Below, in pieces: positions 1-12,969 of a stretch of DNA of 64,000 bases. The stretch spans positions 178,887,910 to 178,951,909 of the forward strand of contig NC_090375.1 in NCBI RefSeq assembly GCF_036365525.1, given 5' to 3'. Made by a program: the position numbers and the translations under genes. Numbering within the stretch: the first letter of the stretch is position 1; every line of letters begins with the position of its first letter. The notes beneath the pieces are model-generated. The model searched no databases and was not told the origin of the DNA. It saw nothing but the letters and a program-made list of their open reading frames with translations. The DNA is from Heterodontus francisci (lineage: Eukaryota).

Positions 1-654
1 TGGTAGCAAGCATGAATAGAGACCGCAAGAAGTTACTCATCTCCTCTTGCAGAATAATAGAAGTCATGAACCCAGCCCTCTGGATTGGAAATGGTGCAAC
101 AGGAGCGGCATGAGTTACCCTCTCTCAGGATGTCAGGATGCTTGCTCCCATTCCACCCCCTCAATCAATACCCACCATGGTGCCAAAAGCCTACTCACAC
201 AAACATGCTCACATTCACTTATATTTTACTTGCTTCAGTGGAAGCAGAACAATGTCTGGCACAATCTCATGATGTGGCCTCTGATATATGCTGTTACCAG
301 GGCATATTGTTGAGATCCTTTGTGAGGTGTATCATAAATATCACTGAACCACTAGTGAACACCCTTGTAGTTACAAAATTGGCACCAAAAATGCTCTTTG
401 TGTATCTCTCCGACTTTACAAGATAACAAGAAAGCATGAAATGAGAAAAAGTCATTCACCCAATAGGGACATCCTTGCAAAGACTGTGGACAGTTGGCTT
501 CATCATACATGCTGTTCAATTAGATTAATTGTAAAAGAAAAGTTGCCCCCCCCCCCCCCGCAAATAAAAATGTATCTCAAGTAAATCACCAGACCATCTA
601 TCTGATTTTATATCCTACAACACATATGTCCTCTACAATATCTTGTTTCTGCTT

Positions 655-1035
655 CAGGAGTTTGTGGGTTAAAGCCTATACCAGGATGTGAGCATAGATA
701 CTGCAATGTTACAGGTGTCATCTATAAGAAGAGCCTTGAAGCCAAGCCTCTGTTCAATTGTTCATGTGGATGTAGAAAATCTCATGGTGCAATTCAAAGC
801 AGAGCAAGAGATTCTCCCAGTGTCCTGGCCAACATTCCTCCTTTAATCGACACCACCAAAAACTGGTTATTTATCTCAATGTTATTTGCAATGCCTTGCT
901 ATGTGCTAAGTTGCTGGTAGATCTTTTTAAATAACTGCAGTGACTATGTGTGGAATGCATTTCATTGGCTGTAAAGCATTTTGAGATGTTCTAAGGATTT
1001 GTACTGCGTTACATAAATGCAAGTTCTTGCTTTCT
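655..1035 (+). mobile_element. Deu-domain SINE (SacSINE1/AmnSINE1-like), degraded
   Basis: Deu-type core 'ttctcccagtgtcctggccaacattcctcc' and L2-like 3' tail 'cattggctgtaaagcattttgagatg...ataaatgcaagtt'. Confidence 0.75.
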
Positions 1036-1551
1036 TTTTCTTGACCAACTGTCCCTTTGGCAGAACTTTTCCAAGATCCCAATTATTCAGTCTAGTGCCT
1101 TTTGAATGGTTGTAAAGGCCCCCTCATAGAGAGTGAATCTATACTTACGAACATTAAATCCTTGTCAGCATATGTGAGAATTGGTGATAGAAAATTTGTT
1201 GTGCAAAGCCATAAGGAATCTCAGCAATGTGCTATAGCAGCAGTATGACTTTATCAAAAATATCCATTTAAATCAATATTTAAGAATAGACTGAGGGAAT
1301 CCATTTTATAGGAACATGGTGTGGCCCAGTCAATCCATTGAGCTTGCAATTAGATTATAAGAATAGAAAAAGATTGTACAAATAGAAAATTAACAATTTA
1401 CCATGGTTGTAAATAATAAGCAATGCTTTCAAGGCTAATCACTGCATTGCACCTATCTTCTTTGCTTTGTCCCTGTACCTGAAGTCCATTTACTCTCCTG
1501 AGCTCCATATCCCTTGATATCTTTACTTAACAAGAATCTATCAATCTCAGT

Positions 1552-1776
1552 CTTGAAAACTCCTCAGTATCTGTAGCCATATTTTTCACCACTTCAGTTT
1601 GCAAAGATATCTGAAATTCTCTCCCCCAAAAGGCTATGGATGCTAGGAGTTTTCAAGACCTAGCATCCTAGCTAGGACGTCCTAGCATCCATAGCCTTTT
1701 GGGGGAGAGAATTTCAGATATCTTTGCAAACTGAAGTGGTGAAAAATATGGCTACAGATACTGAGGAGTTTTCAAG
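1552..1776. repeat. Perfect 97-bp inverted repeat (fold-back) with 31-bp spacer
   Basis: 1552-1648 is the exact reverse complement of 1680-1776. Confidence 0.97.
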
Positions 1777-2592
1777 CTTGTAATAGATTTGAAAGCAAGG
1801 AATACAACAATGTAAAGTTTTGAAAAAGTTATCAGTACACAGCTATAATAAAATAAAGATCAACTCTTAAGTCTGTCATAATAAGTGAGGCGTAGGAACT
1901 CCATAATGCAAGAAAACAGTCTTAAACAGCTGACTAAAACAATGTAAGAGATCTCTTTGAAAACCATTATTTCATCCAGCAAACGAATGAGGTTTCCAGA
2001 CAGCTGCAAAGTATGGCTTTCTTTCTGTGAGCTTTTCAGCTGTATCTGAATCCAACTTTTTCACAATCCACTATTGCTGCCTTCATGTCAGTTGTAGCTG
2101 TGAAAAATCCCAGACGGCAGTGGGATAGCCCAGGATTCCCAGAGGAACAGGCATGTGCTTTTCTCAAAGTCTGGTGAGTGAGAGAATTGTGACAGTTTGA
2201 ATTCATGCTACTAACAAAAAGCGACAACTGCAGCTTACGAAAACTGAGAGCTTTTTCAAGCCACTTCATCTTTGTGACCCACGACAGAATGTATTGTGCC
2301 AATCAGATAGTGATTAATAGAGTGAGCATAGCAGGTGCAGCGTACGTAAGGAGAAGTGGAAATGGCACATATGGAAAGTGTTTTTTGGAAACCTCAGCTA
2401 GTGACAATAAAAAAAATACAAATTAAACCATGGAAAAAAATCTGGTCTTAGAAACAGTACAGCATTTCCAATAGTTTAACACACTTTTCTTTGTGATTTT
2501 TACCTCTTACTATTCATTAGAAACAGTAAAGTTGCTATCTGTAATGGAAACTGAAATTATACCCATTATTTGTAACAGGGCATTGACATTAG

Positions 2593-3230
2593 AGGCTGGA
2601 CTTTATGCAAATGGCAGGGGGGCCTGACGTTGGGCCAGAAAGGCCAGGGAAACGCTCGTTCTGAGGGACTCCCCCCACCGTCACCACACCTCACACATTT
2701 AATGGCGCTCAAGCAGTTAACTGCCCGGTGCCGGGGTCCCCGTCCCTTTAAGGACAAAGGACAGAATCCCAACTCCAAGAGCGGCTGGCCAATCAGAAGA
2801 CTGGCAGCTCAACTGTCCCGTAGTGCACCAGGAGTGGTGGCCACTGCTGGTACTGCAGGAGGCCCAGGACCAGGAGCAACCATGGAGTGCAGGTAAATGG
2901 GGCGGGCTCGCCTGGGAAAGTCAGGCAGGCCCCGGTGAGGGGTGTGGGAGGGGAGTGGGTTGTTGAGGGCAGCAGGGTAGGTATTGGTGCAGGGGCAGCC
3001 TTTGTTGCTGGGGACCCTCCATGGGCCACAGAAGGCCCAAGCAGTAAGGCCATCTGCCGCACCAGCCCACAGAGAGGCCACCTGGTTTTACTGGGTGGAC
3101 TTCCCACAAGGCGGGGCTCCCACCAATCACCGGTAAAATGCCAGTGGTGGCAGGAGGAGGCCCTTAAGTGGCCATTAATTGGACACTTAAGGGTCTCAAT
3201 TGGCCTTTGGGCGGTGTGACGGAAATCACA
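2593..3230. mobile_element. Non-autonomous Harbinger-like MITE (GC-rich family)
   Basis: Starts 'aggctggactttatg' (resembles the GGGCTGRATTT terminus). Internal hairpin at 3157-3197. Internal sequence is the reverse complement of parts of 35783-36549 and 38960-39695. Confidence 0.6.
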
Positions 3231-3459
3231 CCTGCCAGATGGAAACATATTAGTTTTGTCATATGGGACACTACTTGAACATTTTTTTACTGGACATTGC
3301 AAAGAACTTGTTTAAAAAAAACAGAACTGAGCGGCTGAAAACATGGTTGCACATTTGCATTCTGAGAGACAGTTGAATAGAGACATTGGAAGTGCCCACT
3401 GATTCAATTAACAAGATTGGTCTGGGCAACAGTAGTGGTGATGTTGGGAATGGCAATTA

Positions 3460-5687
3460 TAAGGAAATTAGAGATGCATGCGATAAAGGAACATCTGTAA
3501 TTATGGGTGACTTTACTCTGCATATAGATTGGCAAATCAAATTAGTCACAATACTGTAGAGGAGGAATTCTTGGAGCGTATACGGGATGGTTTTCTGGAC
3601 CAGAAATTTGAGGAACCAACTAGAGAACATGTCATTCTAGACTGCGTATTGTGTAATGAGGGAGAAATAATTGACAATCTAGTGGTGCGAGACCCCTTGG
3701 GAATGAGCGACCATAACATGATAGGATTCTTCATCAAGATGGAGAGTGACGTAGTTGATTCTGAGACAAGGGTCCTGAATCTTAGTAAAGGAAACTACGA
3801 AGGTATGAGGCGCAAGTTGGCCATTTTGGATTGGGAAACATTACTTTAAGGGATGATGGTGGATAGGCAATGGCAAACATTTAAAGAGCACATGGATAAA
3901 GTGCAACAATTGTTTATCCCTGTCTGGTGCAAAAGTAAAATGGGAAAGGTAGCCAAACCATGGCTTACAATGGAAATTAGAGATAGCATTAGATCCAAAG
4001 AAGAGGCATATAAATTTGCCAGGAAAAACAACAGACCTGAGGATTGGGAGCAGTTTAGAATTCAGCAAAGGAGGACCAAGGGATTGATTAAGAAGGGGAA
4101 AATAGAGTATGAGAGCAAGCTTGCGGGGAACATAAAAACTGACTGTAAAAGTTTCTATAGGTATGTGAAGAGAAAAAGATTGGTGAAGACAAATGTAGGT
4201 CCCTTACAGTCAGAAACAGGGGAATTTATCATGGGGAATAAAGAAATGGCTGACCAACTAAATACATACTTTGGTTCTGTCTTCACAAAGGAGGACACAA
4301 ATATCATACCAGAAATGATGGGGAACACAGGGCTTAGTGAGAGAGAGGAACTGAAATAAATCAGTATGAGTAGAGAAATGGTGTTGGGGAAATTGATGGA
4401 ATTGAAGGCCAATAAATCTCCAGGGCCTGATGGTCTGCATCCCAGAGTACTTAAGGAAGTGACCCTAGAAATAGTGGATGCATTGGTGGTCATCATCCAA
4501 GATTCTATAGACTCTGGAACAGTTCCTACAGATTGAAGGGTAGCTAATGTAACCCCACTATTTAAAAAGGGAGGTAGAGAGAAAGCAGGTAATTATAGAC
4601 CAGTCAGCCTGATGTCAGCAGTGGGGAAAATTCTAGAGTCCATTATCAAAGATTTTATAGCAGAGCACTGAGAGAACAGTGGTAGAATCAGGCAGAGTCA
4701 GCATGGATTTACGAAAGGGAAATCATGCTTGACAAATCTTCTAGAATTCTTTGAGAATGTAACTAGTAGAGTTGATGAGGGGGAGCTAGTGGATGTGGTT
4801 TATTTGGACTTTCAGAAAGCTTTCGACAAAGTCCCACATAAGAGATTAGCATGTAAAATTAAAGCGCATGGGATTGGGGGTAATGTATTGCGATGGATAG
4901 AAATTGGTTGGCGGACAGGAAACAAAGAGTAGGGACAAATGGGTCCTTTTCCGAATGGCAGGCAGTGACTAGTGGGTACCGCAGGGATCGGTGCTAGGAC
5001 CCCAGCTATTCACAATACGCATTAATGATTTAGATGAGGGAACTAAATGTAATATGTCTAAATTTGCATATGACACAAAATTGTGTGGGATGGTGTGTTG
5101 TGAGGAGGATGCAGAGAGGCTTCAGGGTGATTTGGACAAGTTGAGTGAGTGTGCTAATGCATGGCAGATGCAGTAGAATGTAGATAAATGTGAGGTTATT
5201 CACTGTGGTAGCAAAAACAGGAAGGCAGATTATTATCTGAACAGTTATAAACTGAGAGAGGGGAATATGCAGCGAGACCTGGGTGTTCTCATACACCAGT
5301 CACTGAAGGTAAGCATGCAGGTGCAACAGGCAGTAAAATAGGCAAATGGAATGTTGGCCTTCATGGCGAGAGGATTCGAGTACAGGAGCAGGGATGGCTT
5401 GTTGCAATTATACAGGGCCATGGTGAGGCCACACCTGGAATATTTCTTCACCCAGAGAATGTTGAGCCTCTGGAATTCACTACCACAGAAAGCAGCTGAG
5501 GCCAAAACATTGTATGTTTTCAAGAAGGAGTTAGATATAGCTCTTGGGTCTAAAGGGATCAAAGGGTATGGGGTGAAAGCAGGAACAGGCTACTGATTTG
5601 GATGATCAGCCATAATCATAATGAATGGTGGAGCAGGCTCGAAGGGCCGAATGGCATACTCCTGCTCCTATTTTCTAAGTTTCTATG
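3460..5687 (+). mobile_element. CR1 LINE, 5'-truncated ORF2 (endonuclease C-terminus, tether, RT), with stops, frameshifts and an internal deletion
   Basis: Translations '..EEPTREHVILD..LGMSDHNMI', 'YLDFQKAFDKVPH', 'LGPQLF..KFAYDTKL'. CR1 3' UTR 'gggccgaatggcatactcctgctcc' plus tttctatg tail. Confidence 0.93.
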
Positions 5688-5697
5688 ATCCACATCT

Positions 5698-7308
5698 TGT
5701 CTGTGTAAGAGCCAGCACTCCATCCCCCACTGAGTGTGTCTAGAAAGCTTTGAAGTCCAGCAACTCCCCCAAGAACATGCTGGCCAAACTGGGGACTGTT
5801 TGAATTGTGCCACACAGAATGGTCTTCAAATTGCAGTCTCCAAAATCTATAGAAGGAAGGTCTCTCCCTGTCTCTCTCTCCAGCAAAGTCCCAGTCACCC
5901 ACAGCAGCAGTTTCAGCCTCAAGACAGAGCTTCTTCAGCCTTCTGGTACCAGAGAAGCAAGTTGGAAATTGTGCACTGGGCCCCAGCAAGAGCTCCAAGA
6001 TTTCAGCTTTTATCAAGGACATTTCCACCCAGTAACTGAATCCTCTCTATTCCGAACTCTACTTCAACACCCGCCTCCCCAATTCTTTCATCCCTTCTGT
6101 ACCTATTTGTGTGTGTGTTTCTCTCATATGCATGCTCGCGTGGTTGCATTGAGTATTTTTTTAAAATTCATTCAGAGATGTGGGAGTCGCTGGCTAGGCA
6201 GCATTTATTGCCCATCCCTAATTGCCCTTGAGAAGGTGGTGGTGAGCTGCCTTCTTGAACCGCTGCAGTCCATTTGGGGTCGGTATACCCACAGTGTTGT
6301 TAGGAAGGGAGTTCTAGGATTTTGACCCAGCGACAGTGAAGGAACGGCGATATAGTTCCAAGTCAGGATGGTGTGTGACTTGGAGGGGAACTTGCAGGTG
6401 GTAGTGTTCCCATGCATTTGCTGCCCTTGTCCTCTAGTTGGTAGAGGTCGCGGGTTTGGAAGGTGCTGTCTAAGGAGCCTTGGTGCATTGCTGCAGTGCA
6501 TCTTGTAGATGGTACACACTGCTGTCACTGTACGTCGGTGGTGGAGGGAGTGAATGTTTGTGAATGGTGTGCCAATTAAGCGGGCTGCTTTGTCCTGGAT
6601 GGTGTCGAGCTTCTTGAGTGTTGTTGGAGCTGCACCCATCCAGGCAAGTGGAGAGTATTCCATCACACTCCTGGCTTGTGCCTTGTAGATGGTGGACAGG
6701 CTTTGTGGAGTCAGGAGGTGAGTTACTCTTCTCAGGATTCCTAGCCTCTGACCTGCTCTTGTAGCCACGGTATTTATAAGGCTACTCCAGTTCAGTTTCT
6801 GGTCAATGGTAGCCCCTAGGATGTTGATAGTGGGGGATTCAGCAATGGTAATGCCATTGAATGTCAAGGGGAGATGGTTAGATTCTCTCTTGTTGGAGAT
6901 GGTCATTGCCTGGCACTTGTGTGACGCAAATGTTACTTGCCACTTATCAGCCCAAACCTGGAAATTGTCCAGGTCTTGCTGCATTTCTACACAGACTGCT
7001 TCAGTATTTGAGGAGTCACGAATGGTGCCAAACATTGTGCAATCATCAGCAAATATCCCCACTTCTGACCTTATGATTGAAGGAAGGTCATTGATGAAGC
7101 AGCTGAAGATGGTTGGGCCTAGGACACTACCCTGAGGAACTCCTGCAGTGATGTCCTGGAGCTCAGATGATTGACCTCCAACAACCACAACCATCTGCCT
7201 TTCTGCTAGGTATGACTCCAACCAGCGGTGGGTTTTTCCGGGTTTTAACAGGGCAGTAAAGCTACCAGTCCCATTAACCCCAGGTGCGGGCACTCAAAAT
7301 TAACTACA
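5698..7308 (+). mobile_element. Probable LTR-like repeat interrupted by the LINE at 6165-7232
   Basis: Motif 'ctatttgtgtgtgtg..gcatgctcgcgtgg' resembles the solo LTR at 27460-28677. Ends '..aactaca'. No TSD confirmed. Confidence 0.35.
6165..7232 (-). mobile_element. CR1-Zenon-like LINE 3' fragment (RT C-terminal half)
   Basis: ORF 6205-7293: 'GVPQGSVLGPTIFSCFINDL..IFADD..YKAQARSVMEYS'. The same 3' end recurs at 13855-14035 and 45770-46070. Confidence 0.88.
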
Positions 7309-8728
7309 ATGAATTATAGCTTTGCAGAAGCTATTAATATGAGGCTGTGGGGTGGGTTAATATAGTCTGGTAAAGCAGCCAAGGAATTACAGAAGAACCT
7401 GGACAATATTTGCAAGTGGGCAGAATTATGGCCAGTGAAATTCAAGGCAGATAACTGCCAGTTCTTACACATTGAAAGAAAAAAATCAGAAACACACAAA
7501 GAATGGTATTGATCTTGTTAGGGGAGAAATTGCAAGAAATCTTTACACTGAATGGGGTAGTTTTAACTTTGGGTGGTAGTGTAATCAGATCAGCTGCCTG
7601 TTAACCATCTCTCCAGATTGTAATTTTGTCCCCAAGGATCCATCTATCCAGTCTTCAGATGGCGACAAAATGAAGAAGTCATGACCAAAGACCAGCCTGT
7701 GCATTAACGAACACAAACCCCTTTCTGTTTAGGAATGCTGTGAGGTTGTGGCCATATGTGTATGTAATCACTAATGCCCTGCAATTTGGAGAAAGCATGA
7801 TAATTATCATCTACCTTTGTGCATTACATGTCGTTAAATCTGGCAGACGTTCCCAGCGATTGTTTGAAAGTATCCAGTAGCACAGAGATTCAAGATTGTA
7901 AGGCATCTCGATCGCTAATGTTAAGGCTTTGCCCATTCTGGAACTCGAGAACACAGCATATTCCTTGTGAAATGTAAGTGGCCTAGGAATACCCTATCTT
8001 AGATATGTCTCAGTGGATGTGCCTTGGTTAAGGTGGGTGCTGCAAACTAACTCAGATAATTGCGCCTCCCTGTCACGTCTCTCAGATTCCCTGGCCTCTC
8101 TCCTCTAAAACAAATCCCAGTGGAGGCCCATCTCAAGGTTGTGCCTGGAGCAACTTAAATTATAGCTTTCAACAATCCACAGATAAAAATGGGAAGCAGA
8201 TGAAAATTCCACCTGCCCCCACCAAAATATAGGCTATAACCTAACTGGGAACAATGGAAAACATCAATGCCATAAAGCAACATGAACAATTAGGACTGTA
8301 GCAACACAAGGTTCATGTAGATAATAATGGTAAGTCCCTGCAAGAATGCTAGGTCCAAAATACCTTTAAAGCTATGTCTAATTTATATGGGCGCTGAATG
8401 ACTTCAACAAATTCCAACATTGAATATGAAAAGTGCTGCCAACACATAACCTAAATTAATTAATGAACTTCAACAGCTAAATGAGGGAATCATACAAGAA
8501 GTGCAATTGCGCACAGGCCTTAAATCACAGCCTGTGCCACAGAACAGTTCTCGATATGCTTTGAGAAAAAATCAGGCCTAGCCCTCTCACCTGATAATAG
8601 TCCCTCGCTTTTTTGATCAGCAGCAATACTAACAGGGCATCCAGTCACATAATTAGCCTCATAGAATCACTGCTCCAATTCACTGCTGTAAGCAATAAAT
8701 CAGCAGAGGCTGGAGGATAAATGAATAG

Positions 8729-8913
8729 TCAGAATTGTGTCGAAATGCAGAGATTTTCAAAATCCTGAATGAGGTTAATGTTCACTGTCTCTTTGTAGTC
8801 TAAATTCTCTCTATAATCTAAATCTTTTTCTTGACAAAGTGGGCATTTGTGGCTGGAGGTGTGCACTGTGTTTGCTGTTCTTTTTAAACTAGAAAATATA
8901 TTAGGCTTTTCAT
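8729..8913 (-). CDS. Candidate terminal coding exon of an unidentified gene
   Basis: Acceptor 'tgtctattttcag|AT'. Phase-1 open frame EKPNIFSSLKRT..KCPLCQEK..IQDFENLCISTQF* in non-repetitive DNA. No homologue recognised and no clear polyA signal. Confidence 0.3.
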
Positions 8914-9697
8914 CTGAAAATAGACAGTGCACTAGATTTGCACAGTGAATATTTTATTCTCAATGTGTTTGAAATGGTACTTTCTGCTACCCTGTCTGTT
9001 AGGGAAGACCAGCTGTTGTGCAAATTCAACTAGCCAAGATAACTTGAGGAAAGAGTAATGTGGAGGAAACTGTGTTCAAGCAGGAGATGGAAAAAGGCCA
9101 GTAAAGTTTTACTAGGTGTGAGATGGATTTTTTTTTAAACTGTGCAGCGCAAATAGGAGAATTAAATTCATGAGCATGTTGTCAACTTACTGATCAGCTC
9201 TGTCCAGCTCCTTCAAGGGCCAATCACCATTTCACCAGGAATGTGGGAACATGATTGTCACCTGTGAAAACTAAAGTAGAGGGAAATGAGCCTATTCTAC
9301 AAATTCAACCCTTATCGCAATACTAAGTGGGTCATCGGTTCACATTAATGAAATGGTAATGGCTGCTATCTCAGTACCTCAATGTCCAAATGCAATGTGT
9401 GATGTGATACTGATATAATATAGACCAGGATGGTATGGTTACTGATCCTTGGGCTATATTGAGTTAGTTGATCTCAGCCAAGAAAGTAGTAAGGGTGTTA
9501 CAACTGGAATCAGTCTCCCTAATATAGGAAGGTGGATGGGGACACTGGGGAGATTGGAATCAACCAGGTTCCAGTTCTTAATGACTTTTCTAAGATCCCT
9601 ACTCGAAATGTGTATGTATGACCATCTGGTGAAGTCTGCATGGTTTGACTGTGATGTTCCTCACTGTCAAATAGCCAGTATACAGCTATTGTCCACA

Positions 9698-10308
9698 AAG
9701 GCCCCAATATTTGTGGGGAGGTGGGGAGGGAGCAGGGACATGGGTTTTCAGCTGGGAAACCCAGAAATGCAGGGAACATAGAGGTCCTGCTGAATTTAAC
9801 AGCTGGATCTCTTAGAATTTTTTTCCCTTCCATTTCCTGGCCATCAGCTGGCCAGATTGAGAGGCTAGCAAGGAACAGGGCAGGAAAGCCAGTCTTAGAA
9901 CCATAACTGGGGACCACTGGCAATCGGTGAAGATTAGGGCCTGGGACAGTGGCTCGCAATGCGATAGGGAGGGAGAGGTTGTGGATATGGGGAAAACTGA
10001 CCCGCAGCCATTAAATTCAAATGTTTGCAAAAACCTGAGGGACAGAGCTTCATTTTAAAATTATAATGGTGGACCCACCTCTCCAGAGCAGATTACTTAG
10101 ATGTCCCTAATCCTGCCACAGTTATACCACAAGTAAGTGGGTTTGTGGTGGGTTGGGGTCAGATTCGCATATTTACTGATTTAAACCTACAGTACCTCAA
10201 TAAAATCCACTGGTGCAATTTTAAACCCCACTACTCACCAGCCGCCCATCCTCACCCCCAAAGATGTGTTGGAGAGGGTCAGGAGAGGAGGGGTTAAAAT
10301 TTTGCCCA
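9698..10308. mobile_element. Harbinger-like MITE, degraded
   Basis: Imperfect termini 'ggccccaatattt' ... 'aaaattttgccc'. Confidence 0.45.
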
Positions 10309-10553
10309 AAGAGTGTCCTTTATTGAGGTATTAGAACACTCATGGAACCCGCATTAGTCAACAGCTTCAGGAGAAGAGATAGGAATGAGGATGAAAACTG
10401 GGGGCAGGGAATGGATCAAAGACTCAGTCCTGACTCAACCATTGACAGAAATGTACCCATTTTCTTTATCTGGGTATGTTTCACTTTAGATAAAGGAAGC
10501 ACCTCCCTGTCAGGTAAAGGTCCCTGTTCAAAGAGAAAATAATCATATGTGTC

Positions 10554-10682
10554 TTCTTCTTTGGCCTCCTTGTCTCGGGAGACAATGGGTGAGCGCCTGG
10601 AGGTGGTCAGTGGTTTGTGGAGCAGCGCCTGGAGTGGCTAGAAAGGCCAATACTAGAGTGACAGGCTCTTCCACAGGTGCTG
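10554..10682 (-). mobile_element. RTE-BovB LINE 3' end
   Basis: Matches the 3' end of 29975-30459 with (gaa)n tail. 10-bp TSD catatgtgtc at 10544-10553 and 10683-10692. Confidence 0.88.
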
Positions 10683-10770
10683 CATATGTGTCATATGTGT
10701 AAACACTGTTTAATAGGGGTTAATTCTATTTCAGCTCGTGAGAAGTGCTGCACCCAAGATCCAAACTCAC

Positions 10771-10816
10771 CAATGGAAATAATTTGAGATGTTTTATTGC
10801 CCGCTATTCCTTTCAC
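10771..10816 (-). CDS. Candidate 46-bp internal exon (VKGIAGNKTSQIISI)
   Basis: Acceptor '..aagacag|' and donor '|gtgagt'. Phase 0->1, so it joins in frame to 8729-8913. Confidence 0.22.
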
Positions 10817-10992
10817 CTGTCTTTGAATGAAACATTTTACAGTAATGGACGATTCTGATTTAGTGGTGGACGGTAGAACATTACTGTTCTATTTGGTACC
10901 TCATTTCCAAAAGCAGTGTGCAGTTTTAAGGAGATGAGTAGGATAGATCTTTTATGACTTAACTGATTGCAACCACTACAACAAGGTGGCAG

Positions 10993-12519
10993 TCTGAAAA
11001 AATAATGTAAGTTTAAAAATTAGAGTTGCTGATATTAGCAGAGAAATACTTAAGACTGAATATGTTATTCCTTTGCCCACTGTTTTAGGTGAGGTATTAG
11101 ATTAGATTAGAGATACAGCACTGAAACAGGCCCTTCGGCCCACCGAGTCTGTGCTGACCGTCAACCACCCATTTATACTAATCCTACACTAATCCCATAT
11201 TCCTACCAAACATCCCCACCTGTCCCTATATTTCCCTACCACCTACCTATACTAGTGACAATTTATAATGGCCAATTTACCTATCAACCTGCAAGTCTTT
11301 TGGCTTGTGGGAGGAAACCGGAGCACCCGGAGAAAACCCACGCAGACACAGGGAGAACTTGCAAACTCCACACAGGCAGTACCCAGAATCGAACCCGGGT
11401 CCCTGCAGCTGTGAGGCTGCAGTGCTAACCACTGCGCCACTGTGCCGCCACTGTGACTCTTTTAAAATAAGGAATTTCTGGCCACTAGTTTTTGCCTTTG
11501 TGGAAATAATTCCAAAGGTAGCCTCTTTTATATTTAACTGAATCTTTGTATTGAAATCCTGACAGCAATTTGTCTTTCCCTTTAAGACCCTCAACCGCAG
11601 GATCCCTGAAAGTTGGTAAACATGACCAGATGTAATTTCCCTTCACGATCATTGTTTTATATGATTCAACCCAATTAGCAACATTAGAATAGATTAGCTG
11701 CAGATCTCATTTACCAGAGTCTTTCTATATTGTCTTTATAACCCTTTGGGCTCTTAAATCTATCAAACCAAGCTTTTTTTTTAATTAATCTGATTTCCTG
11801 CTTATTATCTATCCTTTCCTTCATTACAGCAGCGACGGCACTTCAAAAAGTACTTCATTGGCTGTAAAGTGCTTTGAGATGTCCAGTGGTCGTGAAAAAC
11901 GCTATATAAATGCAAGTCTTTTTTTTCCCTGCAGTATGGTTCCACAGATGCCAAACAGTCCTTCTCAAAGAAATCTGAATGATTCTTTTTCTCTGATAGT
12001 TGACAAGCATTTGAAACATAGAAAATACTGAAATTCTACCACAGACAAAGATCTAGATTGAGAGAATTATACCTGATTTGTCAGATTTTGACTTGGAAAG
12101 GTTATAACAGAAGGGAAGTGAAGGGGAGTTAAGTTTCATATGGTGCTTGAAAGTTTTTCCTGATATCGTGTATAGTATTGAATTGGCTGAGCTAGTGTAT
12201 TGTGATAGCTGAGCATTTGTATACTGCTATATTGCCTCTCTGCTGCCCTCTCTGTTGGGGAGGTGTAAATAAAATAGTTACTTGCATTTATATAGCGCGT
12301 TTCACGACCACTGGACGTCTCAAAGCACTTTACAGCCAATGAAGTACTTTTTGAAGTGTAGTCGCTGCTGTAATGAAGGAAAGGATAGATAATAAGCTTA
12401 TTTTAAAAGAGTCAATGCCTCCCCTAAAACAGTGGGCAAAGGAATATCGTATTCAGTCTTAAGTATTTCTCTGCTAATATCAGCAACTCTAATTTTTGAA
12501 CTTACATTATTTTTTCAGA
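10993..12519. repeat. Local inverted duplication (12279-12519 is the inverted copy of 10993-11098 + 11455-11471 + 11800-11917)
   Basis: Direct reverse-complement match with only a few substitutions. Confidence 0.92.
11097..11449 (-). mobile_element. HE1 V-SINE, full length
   Basis: tRNA-derived head with A/B boxes (tggcgcagtgg / gggttcgattc), V-domain 'ctccctgtgtctgcgtgggttttctccgggtgctccggtttcctccca', CR1-like tail with (ctaat)n. Confidence 0.95.
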
Positions 12520-12969
12520 ACTGGAGTTCCAAGGCGAGAACCTGGTGGGAAGGGAGGGGGGGTGGGGGGGGGAGGAATAAAATTTTCAGGGCGGGAGGGA
12601 TGGAGGAGCGGGCAAAACAATTTTTATTGGATGTGAGGATGGTGAGAAGGGATTGAAGGTTGCGGGGAAATGACCATTGCAGGGGCTGGAGAAAGGCCTG
12701 CACATCTTTATTATTTCTTAATAAAAAATTTCACTTATGTACCTTTAAGTATTGATATTAATTGTAAGGGCTTAAAGCCCTTTAAAAATGGCGCCGGCGC
12801 CATTGCCGGGGATGCGGCGACCTCCCCCTCTATGTCACCAGGGGTGGCAGCTCCGCCCCCTCTATTTAAATGAGCCTCCACGCATAATATCACGGGGGCT
12901 CCTCGGTGGCACTTCCGTGTCAGAAGGCCACCAAATTCAAAGCGTGGCACGCGAGTAAAATTCAGCCCA
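12520..12969. mobile_element. Harbinger-like MITE fragment
   Basis: Ends in the terminus 'aaaattcagccc'. GC/CpG-rich body. Confidence 0.55.

Noticed and set aside
2040-2173. Plus-strand exon-like unit (ttttcag|..|gtgagt, open frame LYLNPTF..FLKV)
   Set aside because: No recognisable homology, and joining it to the next plus-strand candidate (22409-22432) creates a stop.
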